Positions 21,654 through 31,525 of a stretch of 64,000 nt of DNA are shown here, piece after piece. How positions within the stretch are numbered: position 1 is the stretch's first letter; every line of letters begins with the position of its first letter. The notes below the pieces were generated by a model. The model was not told the DNA's origin. It saw only the letters and a list, made by a program, of their open reading frames with translations, and did not search any database. Made by a program: the position numbers and the translations under genes. This DNA comes from an uncultured Methanolobus sp. (GTDB lineage: Archaea > Halobacteriota > Methanosarcinia > Methanosarcinales > Methanosarcinaceae): assembly GCA_963675495.1 (NCBI GenBank), contig OY776215.1, forward strand, positions 128,001 to 192,000. Direction: 5' to 3'.

Positions 21654-21715
21654 ATGCTCGAGGGCATCTATTTATCATTTCTTTTAGAACAAACAACTTC
21701 TGAAAATTCCAAATG

Positions 21716-23667
21716 TCACAGTTTGTTTTCTTTGATTTTCAAGAGATAAGTCCTGGCTCCGTTAGAAACAGCTTGCTCCCGGATGATAAGTTCATCATCC
21801 AAAAGCTTCGATACAACTCGGGAGCATTTACGACTGTCTATATCAAGCAGTTTTCATAGTTCATTCTGGAAAATACCTTCTTTACTATCTCGAATAATAT
21901 TAAATGCGTCTTCCTTGATGGCATCACTTACTTCTTCTGATTTTGGAATTTTGCTAATATTGGATAGTGGCAATTTAACTATTGGTGAAACAATGAGCAA
22001 TTTGTCATAGTCTAACTCATCTAAAGAATATATTTTAGCATTTTCTGAATTGAAAGATTCGTCTATGTTAAAACATCCGTACTTTAAAAGTTCAATTAAT
22101 TTTGTTTGTTCTGACCAATATGTCAACTTAGAATTATCTTTTATTCCTTCTATTGTAGACTGTTGATTTAAGGCGATTTTTTGTAAATAATGGAACAATG
22201 CTTTGTTTGAAGCAAGATGAGTTATTAATAATGGCCATTTTATACTTATAGCAATAAACTTGGCAAGTTTTTTTGTATTCCATCTTTTTTCAATTGTCGC
22301 TTTTTTATTATAAACAAATAAGTTTGTTTCCATTGATATATACAATTTAAGCCGGAGTAAATTAATGAACTGTTTTAAACGTCGTGGGTTATTGTCTAAA
22401 GCATCAGAAACCATACTAATTAATTCTGTGAATGAGTTATCTTCTTCTCCAGTTTCTATTTTTTCACAAGCTAATAAATCTTTAAACTCTTCGTCTAGTA
22501 TTCTATTAGAACTTTTATTAATTTCCTCATAATCATCTTCATCCAATTGATTTGCTTTTGGACTTGTTTTTTCATCAGGTAAACAACTATTAAGTTTATC
22601 AAGAAATTCTGTTATGCTTTTTTCATCAGGTTGCGGTACTAAAAATGGGATTTGAATAAATTTCTCTATAAATTCGAAACCATATTCTAAACCTTTTAAC
22701 GAAAGATTGCTGGTATTTGCAGATTCGGTTATAGAATTATTTGGATAAAGGTATGGTAGCAATTTTTCATTTTTAGCTGCAATACCTGCAGCTATTTTAG
22801 TTCTATCCATTCCTATTATGAAAATTAGATTTGGACTATCATCTATTAACATGTTTATTGCACGCATTAATTCAACAGCTTTTGGAATGTCACAACGATC
22901 CAAATCATCTATAAAAATGTAAACTCTTGAATTATCAGAATAAGCAGATACTATGTTAGCAAAATCATGATGAAGTTTTTGAATAAACTCTGTATGGATT
23001 TCATAATCAGGCGATGTTAAACATTTATTTAGATCAACTTCCATAGATGTATCAAAAAAGTTCCGAATAGTATCACTGAATGAAATAATAATTCCCAAAG
23101 ATGCAATGATACCTATTAAAGTCGTAAATAACGTTTTATCACTTAATGCATCACTAATTGCTTTAACTAAATTTTGAATAGAGAATGAATATTGTGATAA
23201 GAACAGAATTATCACAATGATGATACTAGCTAAAGAAAGTAAAAAAATTGAAACTCTTATTATTTCGAAAATGAATTTTTTAAGTTAAGTCTTAATCGCA
23301 GCAATCTAAAATACCCTTTTAAACGTCCTTTGTTTGATGTTTTTTCGGACAGTTGTGATATCAAATCTGAAATGAAGGTTGCCCAGAGTGCTTCTGCTTT
23401 ATCATGTCTCCATGCATTAAAATGTACAATTTTTCCATTTTTATCTTCAATTTTATCTTCTAGTTGTAGAATAAAAGAAGATTTGCCACTTCCCCATTCT
23501 CCTTCAATGGACATAGTAACGGGTGGATTTGTATTTTTATTTGTAAGGAAATCTACGATTGCCTTAACATACGGCTTGAAACCTAGTAGATCTTCTCTTG
23601 TAGCTAAATCATTAATATTCGAAGGCGATATTTTGGTAGTATTTAATTTATTCAACAATTTCACCAT
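21716..23667 (-). pseudogene. KAP-family P-loop NTPase with two TM helices and C-terminal wHTH; frameshift plus nonsense codon
   Basis: Walker A GEWGSGKS, FNAW, Walker B IFIDDLDRC, EKFIQIPF, NNPRRLKQFIN; frameshift ~23265; TGA at 21854-21856 followed in frame by KLLDIDSRKCSRVVSKL...RTYLL. Confidence 0.8.
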
Positions 23668-23784
23668 GATGATTGATTATAAATTCAGCCTAACTATTTT
23701 TAAAATGCAATTCTCTTTTAAAAGTCTGTCGAAATTAAAAAGGATTAAATTGACTGGGTGATAGTCACATTCCTATACAATACC

Positions 23785-23792
23785 CTTAAATA
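23785..23792 (+). promoter_or_regulatory. TATA box of the ilv leader transcript
   Basis: CTTAAATA ending 25 nt before the uORF ATG, implying a leaderless start. Confidence 0.55.
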
Positions 23793-23816
23793 CCACTTCC
23801 ACCCTCCAATTAAATA

Positions 23817-23885
23817 ATGTCTTACCCTACCTCAACTCGCACTTTACGCAATGTGTCTGTAGTAGTGGTAGTGTTACACGCTTGA
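23817..23885 (+). CDS. Val-rich leader peptide MSYPTSTRTLRNVSVVVVVLHA upstream of acetolactate synthase
   Basis: GTG TCT GTA GTA GTG GTA GTG TTA codon run; TGA ends 103 nt before the ilvB ATG. Confidence 0.75.
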   Translation: MSYPTSTRTLRNVSVVVVVLHA

Positions 23886-23927
23886 GCACGATAATCGGAA
23901 CTTTTCTGGCTCAAGTGCGCTGTTTTT
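23879..23927 (+). terminator. Attenuator-like hairpin plus U-tract overlapping the leader stop codon
   Basis: CGCTTGAGC (23879-87) pairs with GCTCAAGTG (23909-17); TGTTTTT at 23921-27; competing pairing CGCACTT (23838-44)/AAGTGCG (23913-19). Confidence 0.6.
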
Positions 23928-23988
23928 GGTTAATTTACTGATTAGTGTATCCTGTGTCGGAATTGTTTCTTTCCACGGAGAATTGAAA

Positions 23989-25719
23989 ATGGAAGAAATG
24001 AATGGAGCAGAGATCTTAGTTAAAAGTCTGGAGGACCTTGGGGTCAAACATATCTTTGGTTATACGGGAGCGGCAATACTCCCGGTATTCCATGCGCTTG
24101 AGCAGAGTGATATTGAGATCGTAGTCAATTCCAACGAGCAGTCATCGGCGTTCAGTGCAGCGGGGTATTCCCGGTCAAGCGGCGAGGTCGGTGTAGCCAT
24201 AGTCACATCCGGACCTGCAATTACCAACACACTCACTAGCGTTGCTGATGCTTTTGGTGACAGCATTCCTATGCTTGTTTTTGCAGGGCAGGTCCCCGAG
24301 CATAAGATAGGCACCGACTCTTTCCAGCACATCAATGTCAAGGGAGTCTTCGGGGATGCAGCCAAGAAGGTTATCCAGCTATCCAATGACGATGACATCG
24401 AAGCAATAATCAAGGACGCCTACTATTTTGCAATGTCTGGGAAACCAGGGCCTGTTGTCATAGATGTTCCTCTGGACAAACAGCAGAAGATGCATGAATA
24501 CCAGGATATGAACGTCCTGAGATTCGAGGAAAGTTACCACGATGACCGGCACCTATGCGAAGAACAATGTGAAGAGTTCTTCCAGATGTTCCTTAACTCC
24601 AAAAGACCGCTCCTCTATCTGGGTGGTGGTCTGAACTCAGAAGCAGGAAGTCATGCTATCAGGGAGTTCAATGAGTATTTCGGGGTTCCTTCAGTTAATA
24701 CTCTCATGGCAAAAGGTGTCGTTGACGAACGAAAAGACCTGAACCTCGGGATGCTGGGGATGTTTGGCACACCATCCGCTAATATGCTCATACAGGAGAA
24801 CGATTTCTTCTTCGCCATTGGTGTCCGCTGGGATGACAGGGTTGCGGAAAAGGTCGGGTTTGCAATAGGCACCGACATAGCCTACATCGATATAAATCCC
24901 GAGAAGATGCACCAGATAAAGATAGAACGAGGACCTAAATTCTCATTTATCGGGGATTCTGCCACAGCTATACGGGACCTGCTGAACTATGCTAAAAAGC
25001 ATAGCATCACATTGAATATCCATGATTGGCAGGAACGTGCCAGATTCCTGAAGAGGTCCTGGCCTCTGGATTACAACCGACAGTCCCAGCATATCCAATC
25101 AGCCGAGGTCATGGCACTGCTGGCAACTTATGTTGACGGGAACACAAGGATAACCACAGGTGTCGGCAATCACCAGATGCTGGCCGCACAGCACCTTCCA
25201 ATGCAGAAGGCAAAATCCTTCATGACCTCTGGCTCCTTTGGAACAATGGGCTTTTCCATGCCAACGTCCATCGGTGTTCACTATGCAAACCCGGATTCAA
25301 AGGTTATTGCCATCGATGGTGACGGCAGTCTTAGAATGAATCTGGGAGAACTGCACACTGTTGCTTCACTGGACCTGCCCATCAAGATACTCATGCTGAA
25401 CAACAGGAGTGACGGCATGGTTCAGAACCTGCAGGATGCGGCTTATGATGGAATTCGTACCGGAACACAAAGACCAAAGGATGTTCACTTTGCTGAGATC
25501 GCAAGTTCATTTGGCTTCAGTTATGCAGAAAGGATAAGCGACAGAAGTGATTTAAAAGCCGGTATGGAAGCCTTCCTTAATGCAGACGGACCTTGCTTCC
25601 TGGAAATCTGCACGGATAGGGAAGAAATTCTGTATCCAAAGGTTCCGGCAGGTGGAGCATATAAGGATATGATATTGGGGCCGTATATTAAGGAGGTACC
25701 CGGTAATAACATCGAGTGA
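23989..25719 (+). CDS. ilvB: Acetolactate synthase large subunit-like ThDP enzyme
   Basis: MNGAEILVKSL, TSGPAITN, GTDSFQ, GVGNHQM, GDGSLRMN...LNN ThDP motif; GGAG RBS at 23977. Confidence 0.88.
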   Translation: MEEMNGAEILVKSLEDLGVKHIFGYTGAAILPVFHALEQSDIEIVVNSNEQSSAFSAAGYSRSSGEVGVAIVTSGPAITNTLTSVADAFGDSIPMLVFAGQVPEHKIGTDSFQHINVKGVFGDAAKKVIQLSNDDDIEAIIKDAYYFAMSGKPGPVVIDVPLDKQQKMHEYQDMNVLRFEESYHDDRHLCEEQCEEFFQMFLNSKRPLLYLGGGLNSEAGSHAIREFNEYFGVPSVNTLMAKGVVDERKDLNLGMLGMFGTPSANMLIQENDFFFAIGVRWDDRVAEKVGFAIGTDIAYIDINPEKMHQIKIERGPKFSFIGDSATAIRDLLNYAKKHSITLNIHDWQERARFLKRSWPLDYNRQSQHIQSAEVMALLATYVDGNTRITTGVGNHQMLAAQHLPMQKAKSFMTSGSFGTMGFSMPTSIGVHYANPDSKVIAIDGDGSLRMNLGELHTVASLDLPIKILMLNNRSDGMVQNLQDAAYDGIRTGTQRPKDVHFAEIASSFGFSYAERISDRSDLKAGMEAFLNADGPCFLEICTDREEILYPKVPAGGAYKDMILGPYIKEVPGNNIE

Positions 25720-25888
25720 AAACGATACATATCTCGATCGTGATTGGGGAGTACGAAAATCCCCATCAATCATCATCCATAAAACAGTGAGTTCATGAAG
25801 TTGCATCTCATCGCCTTAATTTAAGGAAAAAACTCTTCCGCTGAACGTAACCCATAAGGTTTATGACCTCAATAACCTGAGTAATCCT

Positions 25889-26080
25889 ATGGACTCAAGA
25901 AAGGCAGTATTTCTTAATATCGTAATTTCCATAATATTTGCAGTTTCGATCGTCGTTTCAAATTACTTGCTTGACGGCACACCGTATGACCAAACGGTAT
26001 TGTACATACTTATCGCTTTATGGTGGATTCCTTTCATGTTATTATCAATGGCAGGAGTGAAGGAACAAAATAATCCCTGA
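25889..26080 (+). CDS. Small two-TM membrane protein
   Basis: Two hydrophobic helices in 63 aa. Confidence 0.6.
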   Translation: MDSRKAVFLNIVISIIFAVSIVVSNYLLDGTPYDQTVLYILIALWWIPFMLLSMAGVKEQNNP

Positions 26081-26286
26081 TTTTTTCCATCATATAATTC
26101 TACCTGGATATTGAACTTAAAAGTACACAAGGATTCAAATCCGGGCCTGCTGAAATTGTGTGCATACCAATGGCATAACAAAGTAGTATATGGAATTAAT
26201 TATATAGTAACCTGTAGTACTTGGCACCAGCTAAAAACGTTATAAGACATCTGAACAATGTCTTAAGCTAATGAGATGAAATAATT

Positions 26287-26568
26287 ATGACAGACGACTC
26301 AATCGATGAACAGGTAAAATGGATTGTAAGTGTTGACCGCAGGCTTATTTTAATGGAATACATGACAAACCACTTAATAGCCAAAGCTTCTGAAATAGCT
26401 CATGATACCCAGAGATCGACCCAGAATATCAGTCGTGCCTTAAAGGAATTTGAAGAACATGGACTTATTGAGTGTCTCACACCCGCAAAGACCACATGGA
26501 AAAAATACGTACTGACTGATATGGGGACCAAGGTCTTGGAAAAGATGGATGGCAAGTTTTTCAACTAA
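26287..26568 (+). CDS. Winged-helix transcriptional regulator
   Basis: ASEIAHDTQRSTQNISRALKEFEEHGLIECL...YVLTDMG. Confidence 0.85.
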   Translation: MTDDSIDEQVKWIVSVDRRLILMEYMTNHLIAKASEIAHDTQRSTQNISRALKEFEEHGLIECLTPAKTTWKKYVLTDMGTKVLEKMDGKFFN

Positions 26569-26619
26569 GCAGGAAAGTATATTGCTATCATTTTTATTTC
26601 ACTATATATGATTTTTCCA

Positions 26620-27246
26620 GGCTCTGTAGGAAGTGTGATGACAATGATTTTTGAGATAGATGAATGCATATAATAGCAGGTATGAGTAAACATAAGCTAT
26701 ATGCATTTGTAGCCCCTGATCGATTCATACCTCTAATTTCTACCAGGCCAATAGTTTATTCTTAATAGGATGATAACCTATACAGCAAATCAAAAAAAGG
26801 TGTTTTATGTGGATAAGGATGAACATGAAATTAAATTAGCAAACTGGCTGTCTACGGAAATAATTGCATATTCTAAACAGTTGTTCCCATTGATGGAGTT
26901 TGTAGAAGCTGAGGGAGAAAGTGACGGTCCATCAAAAATATATCGCTATGGTGAACCAATACCTGAAGCCAAAGAGATTCTTGACATATTGCCTGGTAAA
27001 TATGAAGAATGGAGTACAAAATGCAGGCCACTGCTCGAAAAATACTTTCCGGGAGAGCTTGAAGATTTCAATTGTTCATATGAGGTCGTAAAGAATGTCC
27101 TCAGCTCTGACTACAGAACAAAAATCCCAAACACAAACAAAGCATATATGGAATTTCACAAGCATATAATGACTCAGGTGACCATTGCATCCCACCTATC
27201 TAAACAGTTAAAGAAATGATTCATGTATAATTAATTCTACAGAGTC
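26620..27246. mobile_element. Non-autonomous IS5-like element with a passenger ORF
   Basis: GGCTCTGTAGGA (26620) and TTCTACAGAGTC (27235-46) in inverted orientation around ORF 26770-27219. Confidence 0.5.
26770..27219 (+). CDS. Hypothetical protein
   Basis: 149-aa ORF, no recognised motif. Confidence 0.55.
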   Translation: MITYTANQKKVFYVDKDEHEIKLANWLSTEIIAYSKQLFPLMEFVEAEGESDGPSKIYRYGEPIPEAKEILDILPGKYEEWSTKCRPLLEKYFPGELEDFNCSYEVVKNVLSSDYRTKIPNTNKAYMEFHKHIMTQVTIASHLSKQLKK

Positions 27247-27445
27247 CTTTTTTTATTAATTTTCTGTGTCTCAGTTTTAGCTATGGTACTTTGCAGCCTG
27301 AAATCTGTATCTCCATAAGTAATAGAACAAACAAAAAAAAGTAGGGATTTAAATTACAGATATATCAAAAAATAATGGGAAATAACTGGAAAAATCATAT
27401 TAAACATATTTTTCCATTTTCCTAGCATAAACTCTCACTTTTTAG

Positions 27446-28003
27446 TCAGGCTTCCTGAGGGAGAGCTTTGTAACCATCGACCAGTTCTACATTAGCATTG
27501 ATAACAGAACTCTTGAACTTGACAAGATCGGATGTTATATCCTCAAGACTTTCCACGTCTTCCTGCTTTGTGACCACTTTACCGTCTGATACGACCTTTT
27601 GAGGAGGTATTTCCACAGTGCGAACTGTTGCATTATGTAAAATCACTACATCATCACCGATATTACAGTCAAACACTACAGCACCGAATCCTACAAAGCA
27701 TCTGCAACCGATACTGCATGGTCCATGAACAATACATCCATGTGCAAGTGAAGTATTCTTTTCTATGATTACCTCTGAATTGGACAATGCATGAATTATT
27801 ACATTATCCTGCACATTACAGTTGTCTCCTATTGTAACTGAAGAACCGGGTTCATCTGCCCTAATAATAGCGTTGTGAGCTACGTATACGTTATCTCCAA
27901 TTGTTACATCTCCGACAATGATCGCAGTTTCAGAGATCCATGCCTTTTTACTGATTATTGGATGTTGATTTTGGGGATTTGGATAGAGCATTTTGATTAC
28001 CAC
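27446..28003 (-). CDS. Gamma-class carbonic anhydrase (CamH-like, no signal peptide)
   Basis: Hexapeptide repeats; RADE, NVQDNVIIH, SLAHGCIVHG metal ligands. Confidence 0.9.
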   Translation of the reverse strand: MVIKMLYPNPQNQHPIISKKAWISETAIIVGDVTIGDNVYVAHNAIIRADEPGSSVTIGDNCNVQDNVIIHALSNSEVIIEKNTSLAHGCIVHGPCSIGCRCFVGFGAVVFDCNIGDDVVILHNATVRTVEIPPQKVVSDGKVVTKQEDVESLEDITSDLVKFKSSVINANVELVDGYKALPQEA

Positions 28004-28331
28004 CTTTTATTTAAGATTAATTTTCTGAAGGATAACCTCAGATGTGACTGTATATGAGAATATATGAGAACTTATTTAAACGTATTGATGAAAATGCATC
28101 ACTGTGTGATTTTTACCATGTGCAAAACAATAAAATATGATATGTCATGGAATTTCAACTTCATAGTAGTACAGAATTCATCAGAAATCCCACTGTGAGA
28201 TATACTATGTTGATACTTACATCAATGAACCAAGTCCAATACAGGGGAAATATTGTGATGTTCTGGTAATTCTTGTTTCCATTTGTTTCCGGGAACTTTG
28301 TGCTTTGCTTGCCGGAAAAGCAGGTTGCGGC

Positions 28332-29147
28332 TTAGGAATTCATGATTTCAGGTGTGCCAGCGGATTCATCCACCGATCTCAGATAATTCTTAGCTGCATC
28401 TTTCTCTGCGTTTCTTTTACTGTTGCCTGATCCTGTTGCAAGTAACTCTTCATCCAGATAAAGCCCGACAGTATAGTGCTTATTGTGATCTGGTCCTTCC
28501 TCTCCTATAAGCTTATAACGCGGGCTCCCTGTTCCACTCTTATGGAAGAGCTCCTGTATCCTTCCCTTTGGATTGGAAACTGGTATTTTTTCAAGGGCAT
28601 CATCTATGTCAAAGAACCTGTAAACAAATTCCTTTGCTATTGAATAATTGTTATTGGAATTATTGTCTTTTTTGGCATGGCCACCATCAAGATAAATTGC
28701 TCCAATAAGTGCCTCGATTATATCCGAAAGCTTTCCGTCAATATTTACCAGCTCTTCAGACAATACAAACCTTGAGAGCTTGATTTTTTGGGCTACTGGT
28801 TTGAGGTTCTTGTTCGAAGCAAGCACTTCCCTGATCTTTGTGGAAACACCTTCGATTGTAAGTCCATTTGATCTTGCATACTCATCGATCTCTTCACTAT
28901 GGTATGCATACTCAGCAACTATAAGGCCCAGTACCGAATCTCCAAGGTATTCAAGTTTTTCGTAATCCTTGTTCTCAAGACCATTCACTTTTTTAAAAGC
29001 ACTCAGTTTATCCTTATTGCCACTAAAAAGTGAACCATGTAACAATGCCTGTATCAGGTATCTTGTATCATTGAACCTGAATTGTATGATTTCCTGGAAT
29101 TCCTCAAGTTCATTCTGATTCACACTCAGGTCTGGATTAACTCTCAC
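28332..29147 (-). CDS. rnc: Ribonuclease III (bacterial type, with dsRBD)
   Basis: YEKLEYLGDSVL, DIIEALIGAIYLD, dsRBD NPKGRIQE...GSGNSKRNAEKDAA. Confidence 0.92.
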   Translation of the reverse strand: MRVNPDLSVNQNELEEFQEIIQFRFNDTRYLIQALLHGSLFSGNKDKLSAFKKVNGLENKDYEKLEYLGDSVLGLIVAEYAYHSEEIDEYARSNGLTIEGVSTKIREVLASNKNLKPVAQKIKLSRFVLSEELVNIDGKLSDIIEALIGAIYLDGGHAKKDNNSNNNYSIAKEFVYRFFDIDDALEKIPVSNPKGRIQELFHKSGTGSPRYKLIGEEGPDHNKHYTVGLYLDEELLATGSGNSKRNAEKDAAKNYLRSVDESAGTPEIMNS

Positions 29148-29174
29148 TTTTTTCCCTCATTCTTTTCAGTTTGA

Positions 29175-29711
29175 TTATTCAAGCAGCAGTATTCCTATAC
29201 ATTTGACCCTTTCAAAATTACAATACTCAATGTCAAGTCCTTTTTTCTCCATGAGTTTGGACAGGTTTACTCCAACTGCTTCAGGAGGAAAACGTCTCAT
29301 TTCCGGTTTCCTGCATTCATCACCGCAAGTATCGCATTCGTTGCAAGCACCCGGACGAAGTAATTGTGCATAGATGAACCCATTTCTGAAAGCTTCATAT
29401 TCCAGTTCCAGCATCTTGTGGAAAGAACCTTTGCGCAGCCGTGACCAGGCTTTGAATATATCTTTTTCATCAGAAGTATCATGTTCTTCGATAAGCAGGA
29501 TGGCAGAGTTATATTCTTTCACTATCTCCCTGAACTCATCAATAGAAATAATATGCGGTGGGCAGCTCAGACGTTTTCCATATCCTCTGCATCCATAGGC
29601 ACATTTGAGTCTGGCTCTGTTCTCAACATCTATTTCAGAGGCATCCAGCAAGTATGCTGCAAGCCCAAGTTCTTCTGCTTTATCCAGTATTATATGGGTA
29701 TCTTTTGGCAT
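29175..29711 (-). CDS. DUF2284-like metal-binding protein
   Basis: KC..GC.GYG...SCPP and GACNECDTC...CRKPE...EAVGVN. Confidence 0.85.
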   Translation of the reverse strand: MPKDTHIILDKAEELGLAAYLLDASEIDVENRARLKCAYGCRGYGKRLSCPPHIISIDEFREIVKEYNSAILLIEEHDTSDEKDIFKAWSRLRKGSFHKMLELEYEAFRNGFIYAQLLRPGACNECDTCGDECRKPEMRRFPPEAVGVNLSKLMEKKGLDIEYCNFERVKCIGILLLE

Positions 29712-29831
29712 AAGATATCCCTTTTAATAAGAACTATTTATTAAAAAAGAATTGTGTTGTCTTTACTCGGTAAAGAAGGTGTAAATGTTGTCTTTATAGT
29801 AAAGTTTTATATTGATTGTAACAAATGGAGC

Positions 29832-30145
29832 ATGTCGATGATCGACTACAGAACACAACTTAAAAACACAATGTCAAGAATTGTAAATGAATATGATAAA
29901 AAAATCCTGATGAAATACATTCGATGGATGCAGGACAAAGCTTATTCTGAAAAAACAATTGCTGAAAAAATTAGAGTTAATTCAAAAATGATAAGTTTCT
30001 TTGAAAAACCTGTTGAAGATGTCACTATCGATGATATGGAAGACTATATCTATTCTGATGATTTCTGCATCCACTATAGGACTGGAAAACCAATGGCAAA
30101 ATCATCAATTGACACATACAAAGCAGAAATAAGATACTTCATGAG
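29832..30145 (+). pseudogene. Tyrosine integrase N-terminal (SAM-like) fragment
   Basis: YSEKTI...FEKPVEDVTIDDMEDYI...SSIDTYKAEIRYF; sequence then runs into the opposite-strand UvrD fragment. Confidence 0.55.
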
Positions 30146-30401
30146 AATGAAAAGTAGAAATTGTAATTCCGGTTCCAGTACCTATTTTTTTCTCTATTCT
30201 GTTTTGCATCTCATCTGCTGCTTTTTCCGAGAACGTGAGTGCAAGTATCTTTTCGGGAGGAAAACCACTTTCTATTAACTGCAGTACTTTTTCGGTTATC
30301 GTTAAGGTTTTTCCGGAACCAGGTCCTGCAAGGATCAGAAGAGGTCCATCAGTATAAGACACTGCATTTAATTGATCATCGTTAAGTTCTGTAGTTTTCA
30401 A
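30145..30401 (-). pseudogene. UvrD/PcrA helicase N-terminal fragment
   Basis: LNDDQ, LILAGPGSGKT, ILALTFSEKAA, ISTFHS, then truncation. Confidence 0.85.
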
Positions 30402-30525
30402 TATTACCTCTCCTTACCACATACTTTGCATTGTGTCGTTTTATTCTGTATAACAATAGACCTATTATAAAATATATTAATGTATTGAATTTATTTTCGG
30501 TGAGGAGAGAGTAATCCTTTGGATT

Positions 30526-30696
30526 ATGGAATTTGTCTTGGTCCTTGAGGACCAGATGTGTGACTGGGTTCCGGAAGAGGGAAGTATTCCGGATAGAGTG
30601 GATGCACTTGTATGGGTATTGTCGGAGCTTAGTAAATCAAGATCTGGACCGCAGAAACTGAACATGTCAGCACTTATCAAAACAAGACCGAGGTAA
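30526..30696 (+). pseudogene. Terminase large subunit C-terminal fragment
   Basis: LEDQMCDWVPEEGSIPDRVDALVWVLSEL resembles the TerL nuclease C-terminal D-R-x-D-A motif. Confidence 0.7.
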
Positions 30697-30698
30697 TT

Positions 30699-30905
30699 AT
30701 GAGACCAAAACTCTATGCAACTGTTAGCAAGAATACGACCGCAGTACTTCACAGGGTGATGAAAGAGCAGGACTGCAACAAGAGCCAGGCTGTGGACTTT
30801 ATTGCATATTATTATTCGAAGATGCAGAATAATCTCAGGGAGAAGCAGGTAGAAGAGACTGCAGAGCTTGTGATAGAAAAACTCAAATTGAAGAAGTTGG
30901 TGTAA
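30699..30905 (+). CDS. Small putative DNA-binding (RHH-like) protein, probably viral
   Basis: beta-alpha-alpha pattern, NKSQAVD; 2 nt after the TerL fragment. Confidence 0.5.
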   Translation: MRPKLYATVSKNTTAVLHRVMKEQDCNKSQAVDFIAYYYSKMQNNLREKQVEETAELVIEKLKLKKLV

Positions 30906-31084
30906 AGATTCGAATTAGATGCTCGCACTTTAATGAAGGGATATATACAAGTGGAAAAAAGTATATGCTAAAAACACATCAGTAAATATTAATATAAGTT
31001 ATAGGAATATTGTGAGGATACATTTTTAAAAAATATGCCAGAGAGAATTTTTGCTCCTGACATTATTCCATTTGCAGATCAAGG

Positions 31085-31270
31085 TCAAACTCTTTTCCAA
31101 ATCGCTGAAATCTTAGCTATTTCAATATGCGTGTATTCATCCCCTGAATCCCACTTCAGGCTTAATACATCATCAGCACATTCAGCAACCATACCATTGT
31201 ATGTTGTACCATCAGCGTTTAAAGATACATTCTTTCCCATGTAGTATTTTTCTATAAAAGACTGTTTCAA
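31085..31270 (-). CDS. Small Sm-like-fold hypothetical protein
   Basis: YMGKNVSL...YNGMV..C.DDVLSL...HIEIAKISAIW; GGGGG RBS. Confidence 0.65.
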   Translation of the reverse strand: MKQSFIEKYYMGKNVSLNADGTTYNGMVAECADDVLSLKWDSGDEYTHIEIAKISAIWKRV

Positions 31271-31525
31271 ATTTTAACCCCCTATATTAACAGAGGATTA
31301 TTTTCTGTTTTTCTCGCTAATCAATTTATTGAAACAAAGTTTCTTACTTTAGTTAATTAACAAGCACAAAATGTTTTAAAAACTGCTTCAGCAGAATATA
31401 ATTATGAATAATCTTCTTCTGAAATACCCCTATAAAGAACTATATAGTAGTATATACAAAATTAAAGTGCAATACAATTAAATAAGGCCTAAAACAGAAA
31501 ATCAAAATTAGGAGGAGTGGAGTAA

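Noticed and set aside
21854-21856. Selenocysteine recoding of the in-frame TGA
   Set aside because: The position corresponds to Trp rather than Cys, and Methanosarcinaceae are not known to use Sec.
23926-23988. ORF-track N-terminal extension of ilvB from TTG at 23926
   Set aside because: Family-like sequence starts at MEEMNGAE with an RBS at 23977; the extension begins in the leader U-tract.
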